From NCBI GenBank assembly GCA_964016885.1, contig OZ024740.1:59396001-59460000 (forward strand): a DNA stretch of 64,000 nucleotides. The letters are read 5' to 3'. Below the pieces are notes generated by a model. That model ran no database searches. It was not told the origin of the DNA and saw nothing but the letters and a program-made list of their open reading frames with translations. The position numbers and the translations under genes were made by a program. This stretch comes from Eledone cirrhosa (Eukaryota). Position 1 is the first letter of the stretch; the number at the start of each line of letters is the position of its first letter. Shown in pieces: positions 27,426 through 42,744 of this stretch.

Positions 27426-29935
27426 GCAAACCTGCTGTTGGCGACAGACGAAGTCTGTGGCTGGAGCAGGCCTGTAGGCAGGAGGAGAGTAACATGGTGG
27501 TGGAACAGTAAGGTAGAGGGGTCAATTAAGGCCAAAAAGCAGGCTTGGAAAGTATGGCGGGATGGGGGAAGTAGAGTAGACTATCAAGTGGCCAGGAGGG
27601 AAGCTAGGAGAGAAGTGTACTTAGCAAGAAGGGAAGCTGAGGAAAGAAAGTTCAAGCATGTTCTACAACGCGATGACCAAAAACGTGAGGTGTTCAGGAT
27701 TGCTAGGCAATGTGTCAAGGAAAACCGTGATATTGTCGGGGAGAAGTGTGTACTTAACGATGATGGCATACTTGCCATCACCGACACTGATAAGAAGGTA
27801 GCTTGGAAGTGTCACTATGAAAGGCTACTAAATGAGGAGAATAAATGGGAGAAAGACAGTCTCCCCCATATCGACCCAATAGAGGGACCAGCAGTGTCAG
27901 TCGAGGGGAGTATAATAAGTAAGGCAATCAAGGATATGAAGACGGGTAAGGCGGCTGGGCCTTCGGAAATAGTTGCTGAGATGCTGAAGGCATCTGGCAC
28001 GGTGGGACACACCATGGTCACTCGCATAGTTAACCAAGTCGTACAGAATGGGGTTGTTCCGAAGGACTGGCATAGCAGCATCATCGTTAACTGTTATAAG
28101 GGTAAAGGAGACGCCCTAGATAGGAGTAACTATAGAGGCATTAAATTAATCGACCAGGTCATGAAGGTCACGGAAAAAGTAATAGCGCAACTAATCAGAG
28201 AGAGAATTGACCTAGATGAAATGCGGTTCGGGTTTGTGTCAGGCAAAAGCACCACAGACGCTCTTTTCATAGTACGACAACTACAGGAGAAGTTCCTAGC
28301 TAAAGGTAAACCCCTCTACTTAGCTTTTGTCGACTTGGAGAAAGCCTTCGACAGAGTCCCCCGCTCCATTATCTGGTGGGCTCTTAGAAAACTAGGCGTT
28401 GACGAATGGCTTGTGAGGGCTATACAAGCCATGTATAAAGAAACAGTCAGCAAGGTTAGAATTAACAACGAATATAGTGAAGAGTTTAGCGTAAAAGTTG
28501 GCGTCCATCAGGGCTCTGTTCTCAGCCCCCTACTATTTATTATTGCTCTTCAGGCTATAACAGAGGAGTTCAAGACAGGCTGCCCATGGGAACTCCTATA
28601 CGCAGACGACCTGACACTCATAGCGGAATCAATGGCCGAGCTAGAGAAGAAATTCCAAACATGGAAGCACGGCCTAGAGTCAAAAGGACTTAAAATTAAC
28701 CTGGCTAAGACCAAAGTTCTAGTTTGTAGGAAAGAAAACAAGGCGGCGGTCCCTTCTGGGAAATGGTCGTGCTCGGTGTGTAGGAAAGGCGTAGGTAGAA
28801 ACTCAATTTTATGTCCTAAATGCAAAGTATGGGTGCATAAAAGATGTAGTGGGATCACAGGTAAGCTAACTAAGAACATAGATTTTACATGTGGCCGGTG
28901 TTCTGGTGCAATAAGTAGCAGCAAGTGCCCACAAAATACTAGCTCTTTCAATTGCGCAGAGGGTTCTATAGAAATAGTGGACAGCTTCCGTTACCTGGGC
29001 GATAAAATCAGCAGTGGGGGAGGGTGCTCTGAAAGTACTGTAGCTAGAGTCAGAACTGGTTGGAAAAAGTTCAGAGAGCTTATACCACTATTAGCTGCTA
29101 AAGGGTTCTCCCTAAAAATGAAAGGCAGGTTGTACGATGCCTGCATACGAACAGCAATGTTGCATGGCAGTGAGACCTGGGCATTGTGTGCAGAGGATAT
29201 ACGCAGACTAGAGAGGAACGAAGCTTGCATGCTCCGCTGGATGTGTAACAGTAATATACGTGAACGGCAAAGCATAAACGAACTAAGGAAAAAATTAGAG
29301 ATAAGAGGGATCAGATGTTGTTTACTCGAGAGAAGGCTACGTTGGTATGGACACGTGATGCGCATGAAAGTCGATAGCTGTATAACAAAGTGCAGGGCAA
29401 TAAAGATAGACGGTAGTCACGGAATAGGCAGACCTAGAAAAACCTGGGACGAGCTGATAAACTCCAACATCACACACTTACACCTCTCCAAGACAATGTC
29501 ACTGGACCGAGACCTTTGGCGGTACTCAGTAACAGAGAAGACCCGCCTTACCTAAATATATAGTAAAACCTACTCCAGCCAGTAGGCATCTCTAACAAAA
29601 TTCACCCCCACCCCATCCACACCACCCCATTCTATGTAAAGTTATGTTGGTGCCGCGCCATCCAGGCCGAAACAAATGAGATCGTGTAGGTGTCACGACA
29701 AAAAAACACACAGTCCACGCTGTAATGTGGCCGTGTAGGCAACACGGTAAAAACCTCCCAGACCCACACTGTAAATGTGGTTGGTGTTAGGAAGGGCATC
29801 CAACTGTAGAAAACCTGCCAGACAGTCCTATGCGAGCAAGACAATCACTCTTGCCTCAAGTGGGACTACCCCCGTCCAAACCCATGCAAGCGTGGAACAC
29901 GGACGTTAAACGTTGATGATGATGATGATGATGAT
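27421..29935 (+). mobile_element. RTE LINE copy including 3' UTR and (GAT)n tail
   Basis: ORF followed by a 3' UTR shared with the copies at 13.9, 22.9, 41.3-41.8, 49.7 and 55.0 kb. Confidence 0.92.
27428..29555 (+). CDS. RTE-clade LINE reverse transcriptase ORF (5'-truncated, no endonuclease; open frame)
   Basis: [49 protein letters not shown] and FRYLG motifs. The first ~25 aa of the called ORF are microsatellite. Confidence 0.93.
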
Positions 29936-31612
29936 ATATATATATATATATATACACACACTCTCACACACACATACATATACATGGTGGTGTGGCTGAG
30001 AAGTTCATTTCACTGCCACATGGTTTTGGTAATGCCCTTTGAGTGACTATAGTAGACAAAAGCTATGAGGAAGTACATCTATATATATATGCATATAATT
30101 GCTTCCTCCCATCCCATGCCATAGCAACTATCCTCACCAGCACTGTACAGCCCACCCAAATCCCAACTGAGCCCAGGATCACCTCCACCTCATTCAAATC
30201 CTAAAGTATCAGTCATTTCCTTCGTAACCTACCTCTCTATCTGAGATCACTATCTACCCTTCTCATCACTTTGTCAGTTCTTACAAGCCCTATCATACCA
30301 TGCACCCCGGCTCATTCCTTCCCCCACCACACCTGTTACACCCATGACATTATACTTCTCATTCCCTCTCACATTACCCCTTACCCATAACCTATAGCAT
30401 GTTTCCTATCCCTCGTCCCACAAGGTAAGGAGAGGTCTTCAATTGAGTCAATGACCAACAACCTCTTTAATGCTAGTACCATGATAAAATGCACCCAGCA
30501 TATCCTGTAAAGTGACTGGTGTTAGGAAGGGCTTCCAAATGTAGAAACCATGTCAAAAAGGGTTGAGAGGACCCTCCAGTCATGACATGGCAACCTATCT
30601 AGCTGTGGGGCCATGACATATGCACCTAGTACATTCTGTAAAATGATTGGTGTTTGGAAGGGTTTCAAGCAGTCAGAGAAACTATGCCAAAAATGGTATG
30701 TTTGATCAAGACCTGGTTCTCAAGCCTATGACAACCTGTTTGACCCATGCCAGTATTGAAAATAGACATAAAATGACAAGATGATGATGATGTGTGTGTG
30801 CATATGTGAATGTATATATATCAATCGTTTTATCTATCTCCCTCTCTCTCTTTCCCTTTGCTAATATTTTCTTTTACAAAACAAACTACATAAATGAAAG
30901 AATATATCAATTTCATTCTGTATTTTGGAAAGACATCCTTTTAGATTTTTGGGGTTGTTTTTTGAGGAAAAGCAAATGAAAAGAACTAATGTATTTCAGT
31001 AGTTGAACAACTTTTAGAAATGGGTAAAGAAATACAGTGACACAATTGAAGGCTACTTTATCCAAACAGCATAGTACCATAGCTAAGTTTTTCATTTATT
31101 ACCGAAAGACTGGAAACAATTATCTACTAGACAATAAGACCTTCAATTTATATACAACGATAACTTACTTAATATAGAAAAAAATTTACATTGAAAGATT
31201 AAAAACTCAGTCTCACTAAAGTGAAATGGGTTGGAGGAATGTGGTTGGGGGAATGGGGAGGCATAATGTAGTATCCCCTTTTTGTAACTAAAAAAAAAAA
31301 CAGTCCAAAAACATGAGTAGTCACATGCTGGTTTGTCCCATTATTGGATTACTCTTAACTATAATGTTTATACGGTTTTAGAAATAACATAAAGTGTGTG
31401 TGATAAGAAAACAAACAACACAAAAAAATAATAATTGGAAAAGATTTGATAATAGACACAAATTAAGAAAATGTACCAGAAGTGAAAACATAGTAGATCT
31501 TTCTAGCTGAACTTTAGATCATAATGTATTCAAATTTGTGTATTTTTTTTCAAGAAAGTTCAGTCTGGATTGAAATACCAAAAGTGCTTAACACCCACCC
31601 TTGCCCTATCCC

Positions 31613-31678
<66 letters not shown>

Positions 31679-32664
31679 ATATATATATATACATATATAC
31701 ATACAAGTCAGACAGAAAATTTATTGCATATATTTTAGTCATATAATTTTCGTTTATTTATGACCATCAACTTATTAAGCATATTTGCTTTTTGTTTTTC
31801 TCATGCAAGCATGAATAACTAAGTCTTCTGGAAAATGTTAATCAAAGTTTAATGTAAGCCTACGTCTACTGCTCATACCATTAACTACTACTTTAAAACT
31901 GAGTGAGCATTTAAATGGTTGCTCAGTATGCTAGAAATAGCAGCCAAGTTTCCAGCCAACCACACTCCTTAGTCTGAAAATAGGTCATATTGGCTAAGCA
32001 ACAACAACAATAGCAACAACTTTAAAAACAGAGGGAGCTTCTATCTGTTTGTCAAAACTGCTAGAAATTACAGTCAAATCTCCTTCAAATCACACTCCAC
32101 TATCTTAAAATAAAAAATGGCACACAGAGAATTTAGTGCTAAATAAAAACATACCCCCCAAGGAGTTGTGATGGTCACAGCTGGAATGCATTTAATCATT
32201 AGTTTATTCAATCATGGCTGATCTGTAATTAAAAAGCTTTAAAAAAGAGATACTCTCTATTGTCATTTATTCTGCTAGAAACAGCAGCCAAATCTTCCTT
32301 TAAATCACACCCTTCTGATTTTTTTAAAAGGAATGATACATTAAATAATATAGTCCTAGATACATTACTCCTGAAAATAAGACAGGATTATCATGACTGT
32401 GACTGGAATATCTTTGACAATTGGTCACTTTGATGAAGACTGGCCTGGATCTAAATAACAATAATAACAATTGTTTCTATTTTTGGCACAAGGCCAGTAA
32501 TTACCCCAGTGCATTACTGGTACTTTATTTTATCGACTCCGTAAGGATGAAAGGCAAAATTTACCTCAGCGGGATTTGAACTCAGACTGTAAAAAGCCGT
32601 AACTCTATGCTGCAAAGCAAGGCATCCGCCCTTCTACCAATAATAATAATAACAATAACAATAA

Positions 32665-33205
32665 CTTGAAAATTAATGGAGCTAGTGCAATATTGCATCA
32701 GCTTCAACATTCAACCATCAGAAGAGAGGTAAGTGAAAAAACTAAACTCACTATCTTCAATTCGGTTTTCGTACCTCCCCTTACCTATGGACATGAATTT
32801 TGTGTAGTGACTGAAAGAGTATAAGCGCAAATAAAAGCAACTGAAATAGGGTTTCTCAGAAAGGTCTTTGGAATAATGTTACATGATAGAGTATGTAGTT
32901 CAGAGAAGAGAAAGTCGCACAAGATAAAGCTGTAGCTTCTTCACATTGAAGTATTACAGCTTCAATACTATGAATATGTTGTTACAAAGTTAAGGAAAGA
33001 ATTGCTGGACAAATTTTATAGGCCAAACCAATTGGCAGAAAACCTAGAAGTAAACCAGAAGCTAGATGGCTGCAGCACATCTATAAGTTCAGTTGGTCTC
33101 ACTCAGATCATTTGGAGATTTGATTCTGATAGGACTCTCTGGAAGGTATGCTTGAGGACCCTGCTCCCATGACCCCAAGAAGAAGAAGTAGAAAAAGAAG
33201 AAGAA
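32665..33205 (+). mobile_element. Old RTE-like LINE 3' fragment of a different family
   Basis: KTKLTIFNSVFVPPLTYGHE...EIGFLRKV remnant, ending in (GAA)n. Confidence 0.6.
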
Positions 33206-34674
33206 CTTAAAAGTTTTTTTATATTTGTATATCAAGTTTTGATACAGAATTCATATCATTCATATTTTCTTTCATAAATCTTTTATGAAAGAACGAAAAT
33301 CTTCTGAAGTTTATTTCACTAGTTAAGTTGTAAGTTATTTCATGAGTTTATTTCACTAGTTAAGTTGTAAATTACTTCAAGAGACAAATAGTAGGAGTCC
33401 CAGTGGGCTTGACTGATCGTGAAATAAATAATTTTTCTCCAGAACAGCACGCTAGTGAAACTTTTACTATTTATTCAAATTAGACGTTAACTGGTATTTG
33501 GAGTGATTATTTTATATAAACTGGTGTTTTACTGCGAAGCAACTGTTATATTTATGGCTGCGTGGCTGAGAAATTTGTTTTACAACCATGCGGTTCCAGG
33601 TTCAATCCTACTGTGCAGCATTTTGTGCAAATGTTTAGGCATTTATTTGGGAAAGTTTATTGACCATTATGTAGTCCAGTAACTCTTGAAGGAGTCATAG
33701 GAGTGCTGTATTGACATCCAATATTTCTAGGGCATTTTTAAAACCTGGCAGAGCCCATCTCCTTTCCAGGTCTGAATACAGCAGATTTCTTCCAGTAAAG
33801 AATAGAGAGTGAGTGAAAGGAAGTGAGAAAGAGATATAGAGGAAGAATCGATCCAAGTATGAGACTGGTACTTTTTATCAACCTTGAGTGGATGAAAGGC
33901 AAAGATAACCTTGGCTGGATTTGAACTGGGAGAGCAGAGGGCTGAAACAAATACTACAAAGCATTCTATCCAATGTTCTAACAACCCTACCAATTCGCTT
34001 CTTTTATGTTTGTATATATACTGAAGTAATAACATGTCCCTTCTTCTACATTTAATTCTAAGAATAAGGTGGTGTTATGGACAAATGCATGTTGATAGGG
34101 AGTTCCTTCATAGATACAAAATTCCTGTAGTTAAATACCTCCTTAGATAAGCTTTTAAATTTTTGTTTATTAAGAAACTTTAAATAAGGAAATCTTGTGT
34201 CTGCATGGGGAAGCTGAAACACTGTTGAGACCTAGTTATAGAGTCTGTCACCCTCTCTCCTTCCCACTTTCTTTCTTCCTTTGTCTAATACTCCTTGCTC
34301 TTTCCCTCCTTTCTCTCTCATTTATGGCATTTATAGTCCTTTCCAATACTGCTTTCTTTTTCTGTATATTTGACCAATTTGTAGTTATATCAATAATAAA
34401 TTTATTCCATTAAGAATTTGATGGGATTTATAAAAATTATTACCATAAAAAAATAGACATTGTCAAGGGCAGTGCCCCAGCATGACTTCAGCCGGATGGC
34501 TGTGACAGGTAAAAGAGTAAAGGAGTATTAATTAATAACAGCTATTCCAATACATTAGTAGACCATAGAATCATAATGATCCAATTCCTGTAACTGGTGG
34601 TGCAGTCAGTCATTTTGGTGCCACTCTAGACATGTGTGTCCATCATGGCTTTTTAGTAGGCTATATTTCCATTT

Positions 34675-35121
34675 GAAGGCGCATGGCTTAGTGGTTAGAG
34701 CATTGGGCTTGCAATCGAAAGATTGTGAGTTCAATTATTGGACCGGGTGATGTGTTGTTTCCTTGAGCAAGACACTTTATTTCACATTGCTCCAGTTTAC
34801 TCAGCTGTAGAAATAAGATGATAGAGACTGGGGTCCCTATCATTCCACTGCAAAGTGGTCGTGGAGGTGCCACGGCAAAAAAGCACCCAATCCACACTGT
34901 AAAGTGGACATGTAGAAGCCACGGAAAAAAGCACCCAGCACTCACTGTAAATAAGGTTGGTGTTAGGAAGGGCATCCAGCTGTAGAAATCAAGCCAGAAT
35001 CAGTTCCCGTATGAGCATGATAAGGTCAGCTGACAGGACACTGCCCACAACAGGACAACCCGTCTAACCCATGCTAGCATGGAAGAACGGACGTAAAACA
35101 GTGATGATGATGATGATGATG
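34675..35121 (+). mobile_element. tRNA-derived SINE with an alternative RTE tail
   Basis: Same head and body as 24878, but the 3' end matches 3880-4000 and 44020-44160 instead. Confidence 0.85.
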
Positions 35122-35285
35122 AATCTGTCCATGGCATAGAAGAATACAAGAACAAGTCCACCCACTCAGATAAAATAGATGTGGCACGCAGTAAAAAATA
35201 CACAAACAACACATATTTTATACTACAAAAACAAAATGCACCTTAATTGTTGAATGAAGGAATATGTAATAATGAATCTCATTAA

Positions 35286-35481
35286 CACTTTAGCATTTAA
35301 ACTGGCCATATATGGCCAGAATTTTCTCACCTCTTTCTATTCAAACCAGCTGTAATCAGCTGCTCATATCAATGTTAAGGTATTGTTCTCAAAATAAATA
35401 ACATCAAAATCTCGTAGCTTCATTATTATGTGAGGTAAAGCCTTTACCGTGAAAATGCAATAGTATATATTTGCTAAAGTG
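35286..35481. mobile_element. piggyBac-like MITE
   Basis: TTAA-CACTTTAGCA...TGCTAAAGTG-TTAA: perfect 10-bp TIR with TTAA duplication. Confidence 0.75.
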
Positions 35482-37099
35482 TTAAACAGAACATCAAAAG
35501 TGTCACACTGGACCTCAAAATCATAATTAGAATATATTAAAAACACATTAGAATAAAAATCCTCCTTGTCAACATGAAACCGCACATAACAAACCACAAT
35601 ATATATTTCAGACAATGTAATATAAAGATTCCAATGTAAGCATGAAAGTTTTAAACTTCATGACTCAAATAGCTACATTAGACACACAGGTATGACTCTT
35701 TCTCGTTGGTTGATCATGCATTTACATCAACGAGCCATCACAACACATTACAATATGGTACACAAAATAGAATTAGACACAGAAACATTAATTGACAGCA
35801 CTACAATTTTATATAGAATTCCACAGAAAATAAGAAGAGTATCTAAGGAAGCTTTACCAATAGCAAATACAAACTAAAAATCAGCACACATGATACAATA
35901 CACATGAAAAAAGCAATAAAAAAAACATTGAATAATTTTAAAATCTAGTGACAAGAATTTAGCCAGTATTTCCATTATTCTATACAACCTGTTACAAAGT
36001 ATGCAAATACCACATTATCATTACCATTATGACAGTAGATTCACAGAATTGTTTGTGTAGCAGATGAATTGCTTTGCAATATTTTGTTATGCCCATCTAT
36101 GTTTTAAGTTCACATTTAGCTGAGGTCAACTTTGCCTTTTATCCATCTGAGTCAATAATGTACCAGTCAAGTAGTGGGGTCGATATAATCAATTTTCCCC
36201 ACCTCACCCTAAATTGCTGGCCTTGTTAGAAACAATTATTACCAATATGTCATTCTAATGATGACATCAATAAGGTTTTAAGATATTATGGATTAACGAA
36301 TTTAGGAACATAAATGACTAACAAAGAACTTCGAAAAATCTTCAATAAAAAAATTTGAAATCTTGAAATCCAAATGTAGAAGTTGTTATAAATAATAAAA
36401 CCCTTAGAAAATCAAATAAAATACCCTTGGGGACAGAAAGTAAGTGACCAGAGCCACCACAAAGACTCAAACTCTAAACTGGTTGCTGGCTGCTTTATTC
36501 TGTCTATAAGGGTATTTTTACCAGATTTTCTAAAGCTATCATTATTTATAGCAATTTCTGCATTTGGATTCGAACATCTCAAGTTTCAAATCATCCAAGT
36601 GCCTTTATAAATGATATGACTTAATAAAAAAAATTAAGCTTCAATACAGGCATGTTTTCAATACAGTAAATATATGTATGTTTGTGTGTGTCAGTGTTAT
36701 ATCATCAGCATTCTTTTATGTCTGATTTTCCATGCTTACATGGGTTAGACTGTTCATAGTTTTTTTCGGTGTGGCTTTTCTGGATGCTTTTCTTCTCACC
36801 AACCCCTTTACAGGATGAAATGGGTGCATTATATCATGCCACCAGCACTAGAGAAGTTGCCTGCCAGGATTTAAGAGTCCTCTTTATCCTGTATCTGTTT
36901 TAATTCAGACAGACTGTTTTCCTAGATGGGTTACCTTCACTATTTGAATAGAATTCCTTGCAATATTCGTCCTGGTTCACTACACTCTGCTCAACTTTTC
37001 CTTTCATCCTTTTGAGGATTGATAAATAAAGTACAAGTCTAATAGGGAGGTTGATTCTTTACTCTTATAGCACAGCTAATTAGGGACTGGGTTAAGCCC

Positions 37100-37953
37100 A
37101 AGGGAACTCCTGTATGCAGATGATCTAACACTTATAGCCAAATCTATGGCTGAATTAGAGAAGAAATTCAAAATCTGGAAGCATGGCCTAGAATCAAGAT
37201 GACAAAGACTAAGGTGCTTGTAAGTAGAAGGGAAAACAGGCCCCTGATCCCGCCAGGGAAATGACCTTGCTCAGTGTGTAGGAAAGACAAAGATAGAAAA
37301 TCCTCTGTCTCAAATGCAAACTATGGGTACAGAAGAGATGTAGTGCCATCTCAACTAGGTTAACTAAGAATGTAGGTTTTACACGTGGCCATTGTATAGG
37401 TGCAGCAAGGAGCACAGGAAATAAGTGATATCAAATTCTTGGAGGGTTCTGTAGAAGCAGTAAGCAGCTTCTGCTACCTGAGTGACTAAATCAGCAGTGG
37501 GTGTGGGTATTCCAAAAGTACAGTAGCAAGGGTGAGAATGGGATAGAAAAAGTTCAGGAAGATACTACCAGAGCTATCTACTAAAGGTTTTTCCCTCAAA
37601 ATGAAGGGCAGATGATGAGTGTATACAAACAGCAATGTTGCATGATCATGAGGCCTTGGTGCTATGTGCAGAGGAACTGTGAAGATTGTAAAGAAATGAA
37701 GCTTGCATGCTTTGATGGATGTGTAATAGTAATATATGTGAGCAGCAAAGCATAAATGAACTAAGAGAGAAACGGGGCATAAGAGGGTTCAGATGCAGTG
37801 TGCAGGAGAGGAGATTGCATTGCTATGGACATGTGAAGCCAGAGTCAGTTCTGATGAGTAAAACTCAGTCACCTGATCTGACTTGTCACACAATGGGACA
37901 ACTCGTCTAACCCATGCTAGCATGGAAAATTGGAAGTTAAACAGTAATGATGA

Positions 37954-37955
<2 letters not shown>
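37100..37955 (+). mobile_element. Heavily decayed RTE LINE fragment
   Basis: [12 protein letters not shown]...[18 protein letters not shown] with many stops. Confidence 0.8.
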
Positions 37956-38026
<71 letters not shown>

Positions 38027-38027
<1 letters not shown>

Positions 38028-38221
38028 GTTATTCCGGGTTGAATCGGAGGTAACCACAGTAAGTAAGGTACTCAATACATTGTAGAGTATAAAAGTTTTA
38101 ATATAGATGAGATTCTACAGGACTAGAACTGTTTCATTCTTTAGAAATCATCAGGAATCCCTGATGATTTCTAAAGAATGAAACAGTTCTAGTCCTGTAG
38201 AATCTCATCTATATTAAAACT
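38027..38221 (-). mobile_element. Mini foldback element: perfect 62-bp palindrome containing a hammerhead core
   Basis: Arms at 38094-38155 and 38160-38221 with a 4-nt loop; CTGATGA-TTTC(TAAA)GAAT-GAAA-CAGT-TC. A degenerate relative lies at 38810-38852. Confidence 0.7.
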
Positions 38222-38260
<39 letters not shown>

Positions 38261-38484
38261 TGTATGTATAGAATATTTGATAATATACTGTATGTTTAAT
38301 TAAAAACATTAATCGAGGTTGACTTTGCCTTTCATCCTTACGGGGTCGATAAAATAAAGTACCAGTAATGCACTGGGTAATTGCTGGCCTTGTGCCTAAA
38401 GTAGAAACAATTAATTAAACATACAGTGTATTATCAAATATACTATACATACATTCATATATACATCGCTATTTCAGAGCACCA

Positions 38485-38601
<117 letters not shown>

Positions 38602-39394
38602 ATGTGTTTATGTCATAGTACTTATCAGTTCAACAAATAGAGATTGATAAAATAAGTACCAGACTTGAAAAAAAAAAGACAAAAGGATTGTGGTTGATAT
38701 AATTATCTAAATTTCTTGAAGGAATTGCTCCAGAATGGTCATAATATAATGATTGAAGCTTGTAAATGAATGTAAATATATATTTATTTATTTTATTATA
38801 GAAATGACGTCTACAGGACTATAAATGCCTCATTTGTAAGAAATCATCAGGGAACACCAGACACAGAGGAAACCAACACGATCCAAGCAAAATTAATAGC
38901 TGAAAGAACAGTTAAGTTTAAATTTGTAGTGACTGCCAACAGAAGAAAAAAAAACAGAAAGAAAAAGAATGAAAAAAACCCCCCCAAAACAACAATCTAT
39001 GATGCTGTAACACTAGCATGACTGACAAGAATCTCCCAGCAGGGTGCTGAGATATAGCGGATATACGGGAAAAGATTGACATTCCACAGACAAAAAGAAG
39101 AGCCATTTTTCAGACTGACAGTGCCAAATTTGAAATTCACAAGAGCTATGTGAGCTATAAAATAACTATCTGCTGCAAAATAATCAACTGTGCCACTCCG
39201 GAAATACTTAAACAGTGTCTCTGGAACAGAAAACAAATACCACTATCTGATCAACCAATCAGAAAACACATAACAGATATCATAATGTAGAATATATCTT
39301 GTTAGCTTCATTCAGTAAATTAAGATATATTTGTTCACAAACACAATATTCAATAATGTATTAGTTCATTTGAACGTAAAGATTCTCATAGCTA

Positions 39395-39483
39395 CACTCA
39401 CACATTCACACACACACTCACACATTCACACACACATTCACAAACATACACACATACACACACACATTCACACACACACACAC

Positions 39484-39518
<35 letters not shown>

Positions 39519-40053
39519 TACACACACACATACATACGCACACACATTCATACATACACACATTTACACTCATACACATACACACACACATTTACACACA
39601 TTCACACACATATTCACAAACATACTCATACACACACACACATTCACACACACACATTCACACATTCACACTGTGTGTCACACACATTCAAAAACATACA
39701 CACACACACACACATTCACATACATGCATACACATACACATTCATACACATACACATACACACACACATTTACACACACAGACATTCACACACATACAGA
39801 CTCACATTCACACACACACACACATTTACACACATTTCACACACACACACACATACACACGCACACACATTTATACACACACATACACACATTCACAAAC
39901 ATAGACGTTAAATGAAGATGATGATGATGATGATGATGATACACACATGCATACACACACGTTCATACACACGCGTGCATGCACACACACACAAATTTAC
40001 ACACACACACACACACATTCACACACTTTCACAGACATATACATACACACACA

Positions 40054-40122
<69 letters not shown>

Positions 40123-40150
40123 ACACATATCCAAACACATACACACAGAC
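39395..40150. repeat. Long degenerate (CA)n microsatellite region
   Basis: Direct reading. Confidence 0.95.
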
Positions 40151-40671
40151 AAATAAATACTCAGATAGAGATATATTTGTATTTTCAAATGTATATTTTG
40201 TGTATTTGTGTGTGTACTTGCAGACACACACATAAATAGATACACACACAGACATATATATATATATATATATATCATCATCATTCATCATTTCATATTA
40301 CGTCTGCCTTTTCCCTGCTTGCAAGGGTGGGATGGGAACTGATTCTGGCTTGATTTCTACAGCTGGATGCCCTTCCTAACACCAACCTCATTTACAGTGA
40401 GTGCTGGGTGGTTTTTGCCGTGGCACCTACACGCCCACTTTGCAGTGGAATGATATGGACCCCAGTCTCTATCATCTCATTTCTACAGCTGGGTAAACTG
40501 GAGCAATGTGAAATAAAGTGTCTTGCTCAAGGAAACAACACATCACCCGGTCTGAGAATTGAACTCACAACCTTTCGATTGCAAGGCCAATGCTCTAACC
40601 ACTAAGCCATGTGCCTCCATGATATATAGGAAAATGATATATAGGAAAATATATATATAGGAAAATGATAT

Positions 40672-40877
40672 ATAGGAAAATGTTTAACCCCGACGGCAGA
40701 GCTCAAGTCGTTTTGACGGCTATTTCTGGACTGAATTTAGTCCAGAAATAGCCATCGAAACGGCTTGAGCTCTGCCGTCAGGGTCTAACATTTTCCTATT
40801 ACCCACTCTACTATCCTAAGTATTGAGTACTTTGGTGCATTATGGTCCATCTGGTTCCTTACCACAATTCCTTTGTT
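40672..40877 (+). mobile_element. Foldback copy of the 17.2/57.1-kb hammerhead family
   Basis: Arms at about 40672-40733 and 40738-40799; tail with GAGTAC. Confidence 0.7.
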
Positions 40878-40895
40878 ATATATATATATATATAC

Positions 40896-41330
40896 CAAAA
40901 TGAAAATCTGAAGGCAAGGTAAAATTCCAATCATTTAATCACGACACATGTTTCAATAAGAGATAGATCGATTGTGAAGCCATGATCAATTATCACTGAT
41001 CTCATCAGGTGAAAATGAATTGTCTTCAAATTCTTGATATGAGGGAGAAAAAATAACGATGATATCAAGAATTTGAAGACAATTCATTTTCACCTGATGA
41101 GATCAGTGATAATCGATCATGGCTTCACAATTGATCTATCTCTTATTGAAACATGTGTCATGATTAAATGATTGGAATTTTACCTTGCCTTTGGATTTTC
41201 ATTTTGATACTTACACTCCGTTTTACATCATCTAGCTGTTCCCTCGAATGGAATTGGAGATATACAAAAGCGTGGAGAACTTAATATTGGACCATTTTAC
41301 ACAACCAATAATGCACCTTACTATATATAT
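40896..41330 (+). mobile_element. Foldback PLE-type element with hammerheads in both arms
   Basis: Arms at 40896-41040 and 41062-41206. TCAC-CTGATGA-(47 nt)-GAAA-CATGTG-TC-GTGA lies at 40939-41012 (-), with a copy at 41090-41163 (+). Confidence 0.7.
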
Positions 41331-41849
41331 ATATATATATATATTGTTGTTTACTCGAGAGAAGACTACGTTGGTATGGTCACGTGATGCGCATGAAAGA
41401 CGACAGCTGTATAAAAAAGTGCAGGGCAATAAAAATAGACGTAACCACGGAGTAGGCAGACCCAGAAAACCTGGGATGACTTGATAAATTCCGACCTCAC
41501 ACACTTACACCTCTCCAAGACAATGTCACTGGACTGAGATCTTTGGCGCTACACAGTAATACAGAAGACCACAACATCCAGTCCGAAACAAATGAGGTCG
41601 TGTAGGTGTCACAACAAAAAAAAACACACAGTCCACGCTGTAATGTGGCCGTGTAGGTAACACGGTAAAAACCTCCCAGTCCACACTGTAAACATGGTTG
41701 GTATTAGGAAGGGCATCAAGCCGTAGAAAACCCGCCAGACAGTCTTATACGAGCAGGACAACAAATCTTGCCTCAAGTGGGAAAACTCCCGTCCAAACCC
41801 ATGCAAGCCTGGAAGATGGACGTTAAATGATGATGATGATGATGATGAT

Positions 41850-42570
<721 letters not shown>

Positions 42571-42744
42571 GTATATATATATAAATATATGTGTGAACTG
42601 GGTGTTTTTTATAGTGACACCTACATGACCACTTTACATATATATAAACACACACATATATATATATTTATATACATATATATATATATTTATACACAAG
42701 AAATGTGGAGGGGTCTAGGTTCCTGGTACTATGTGATGCTCTTG

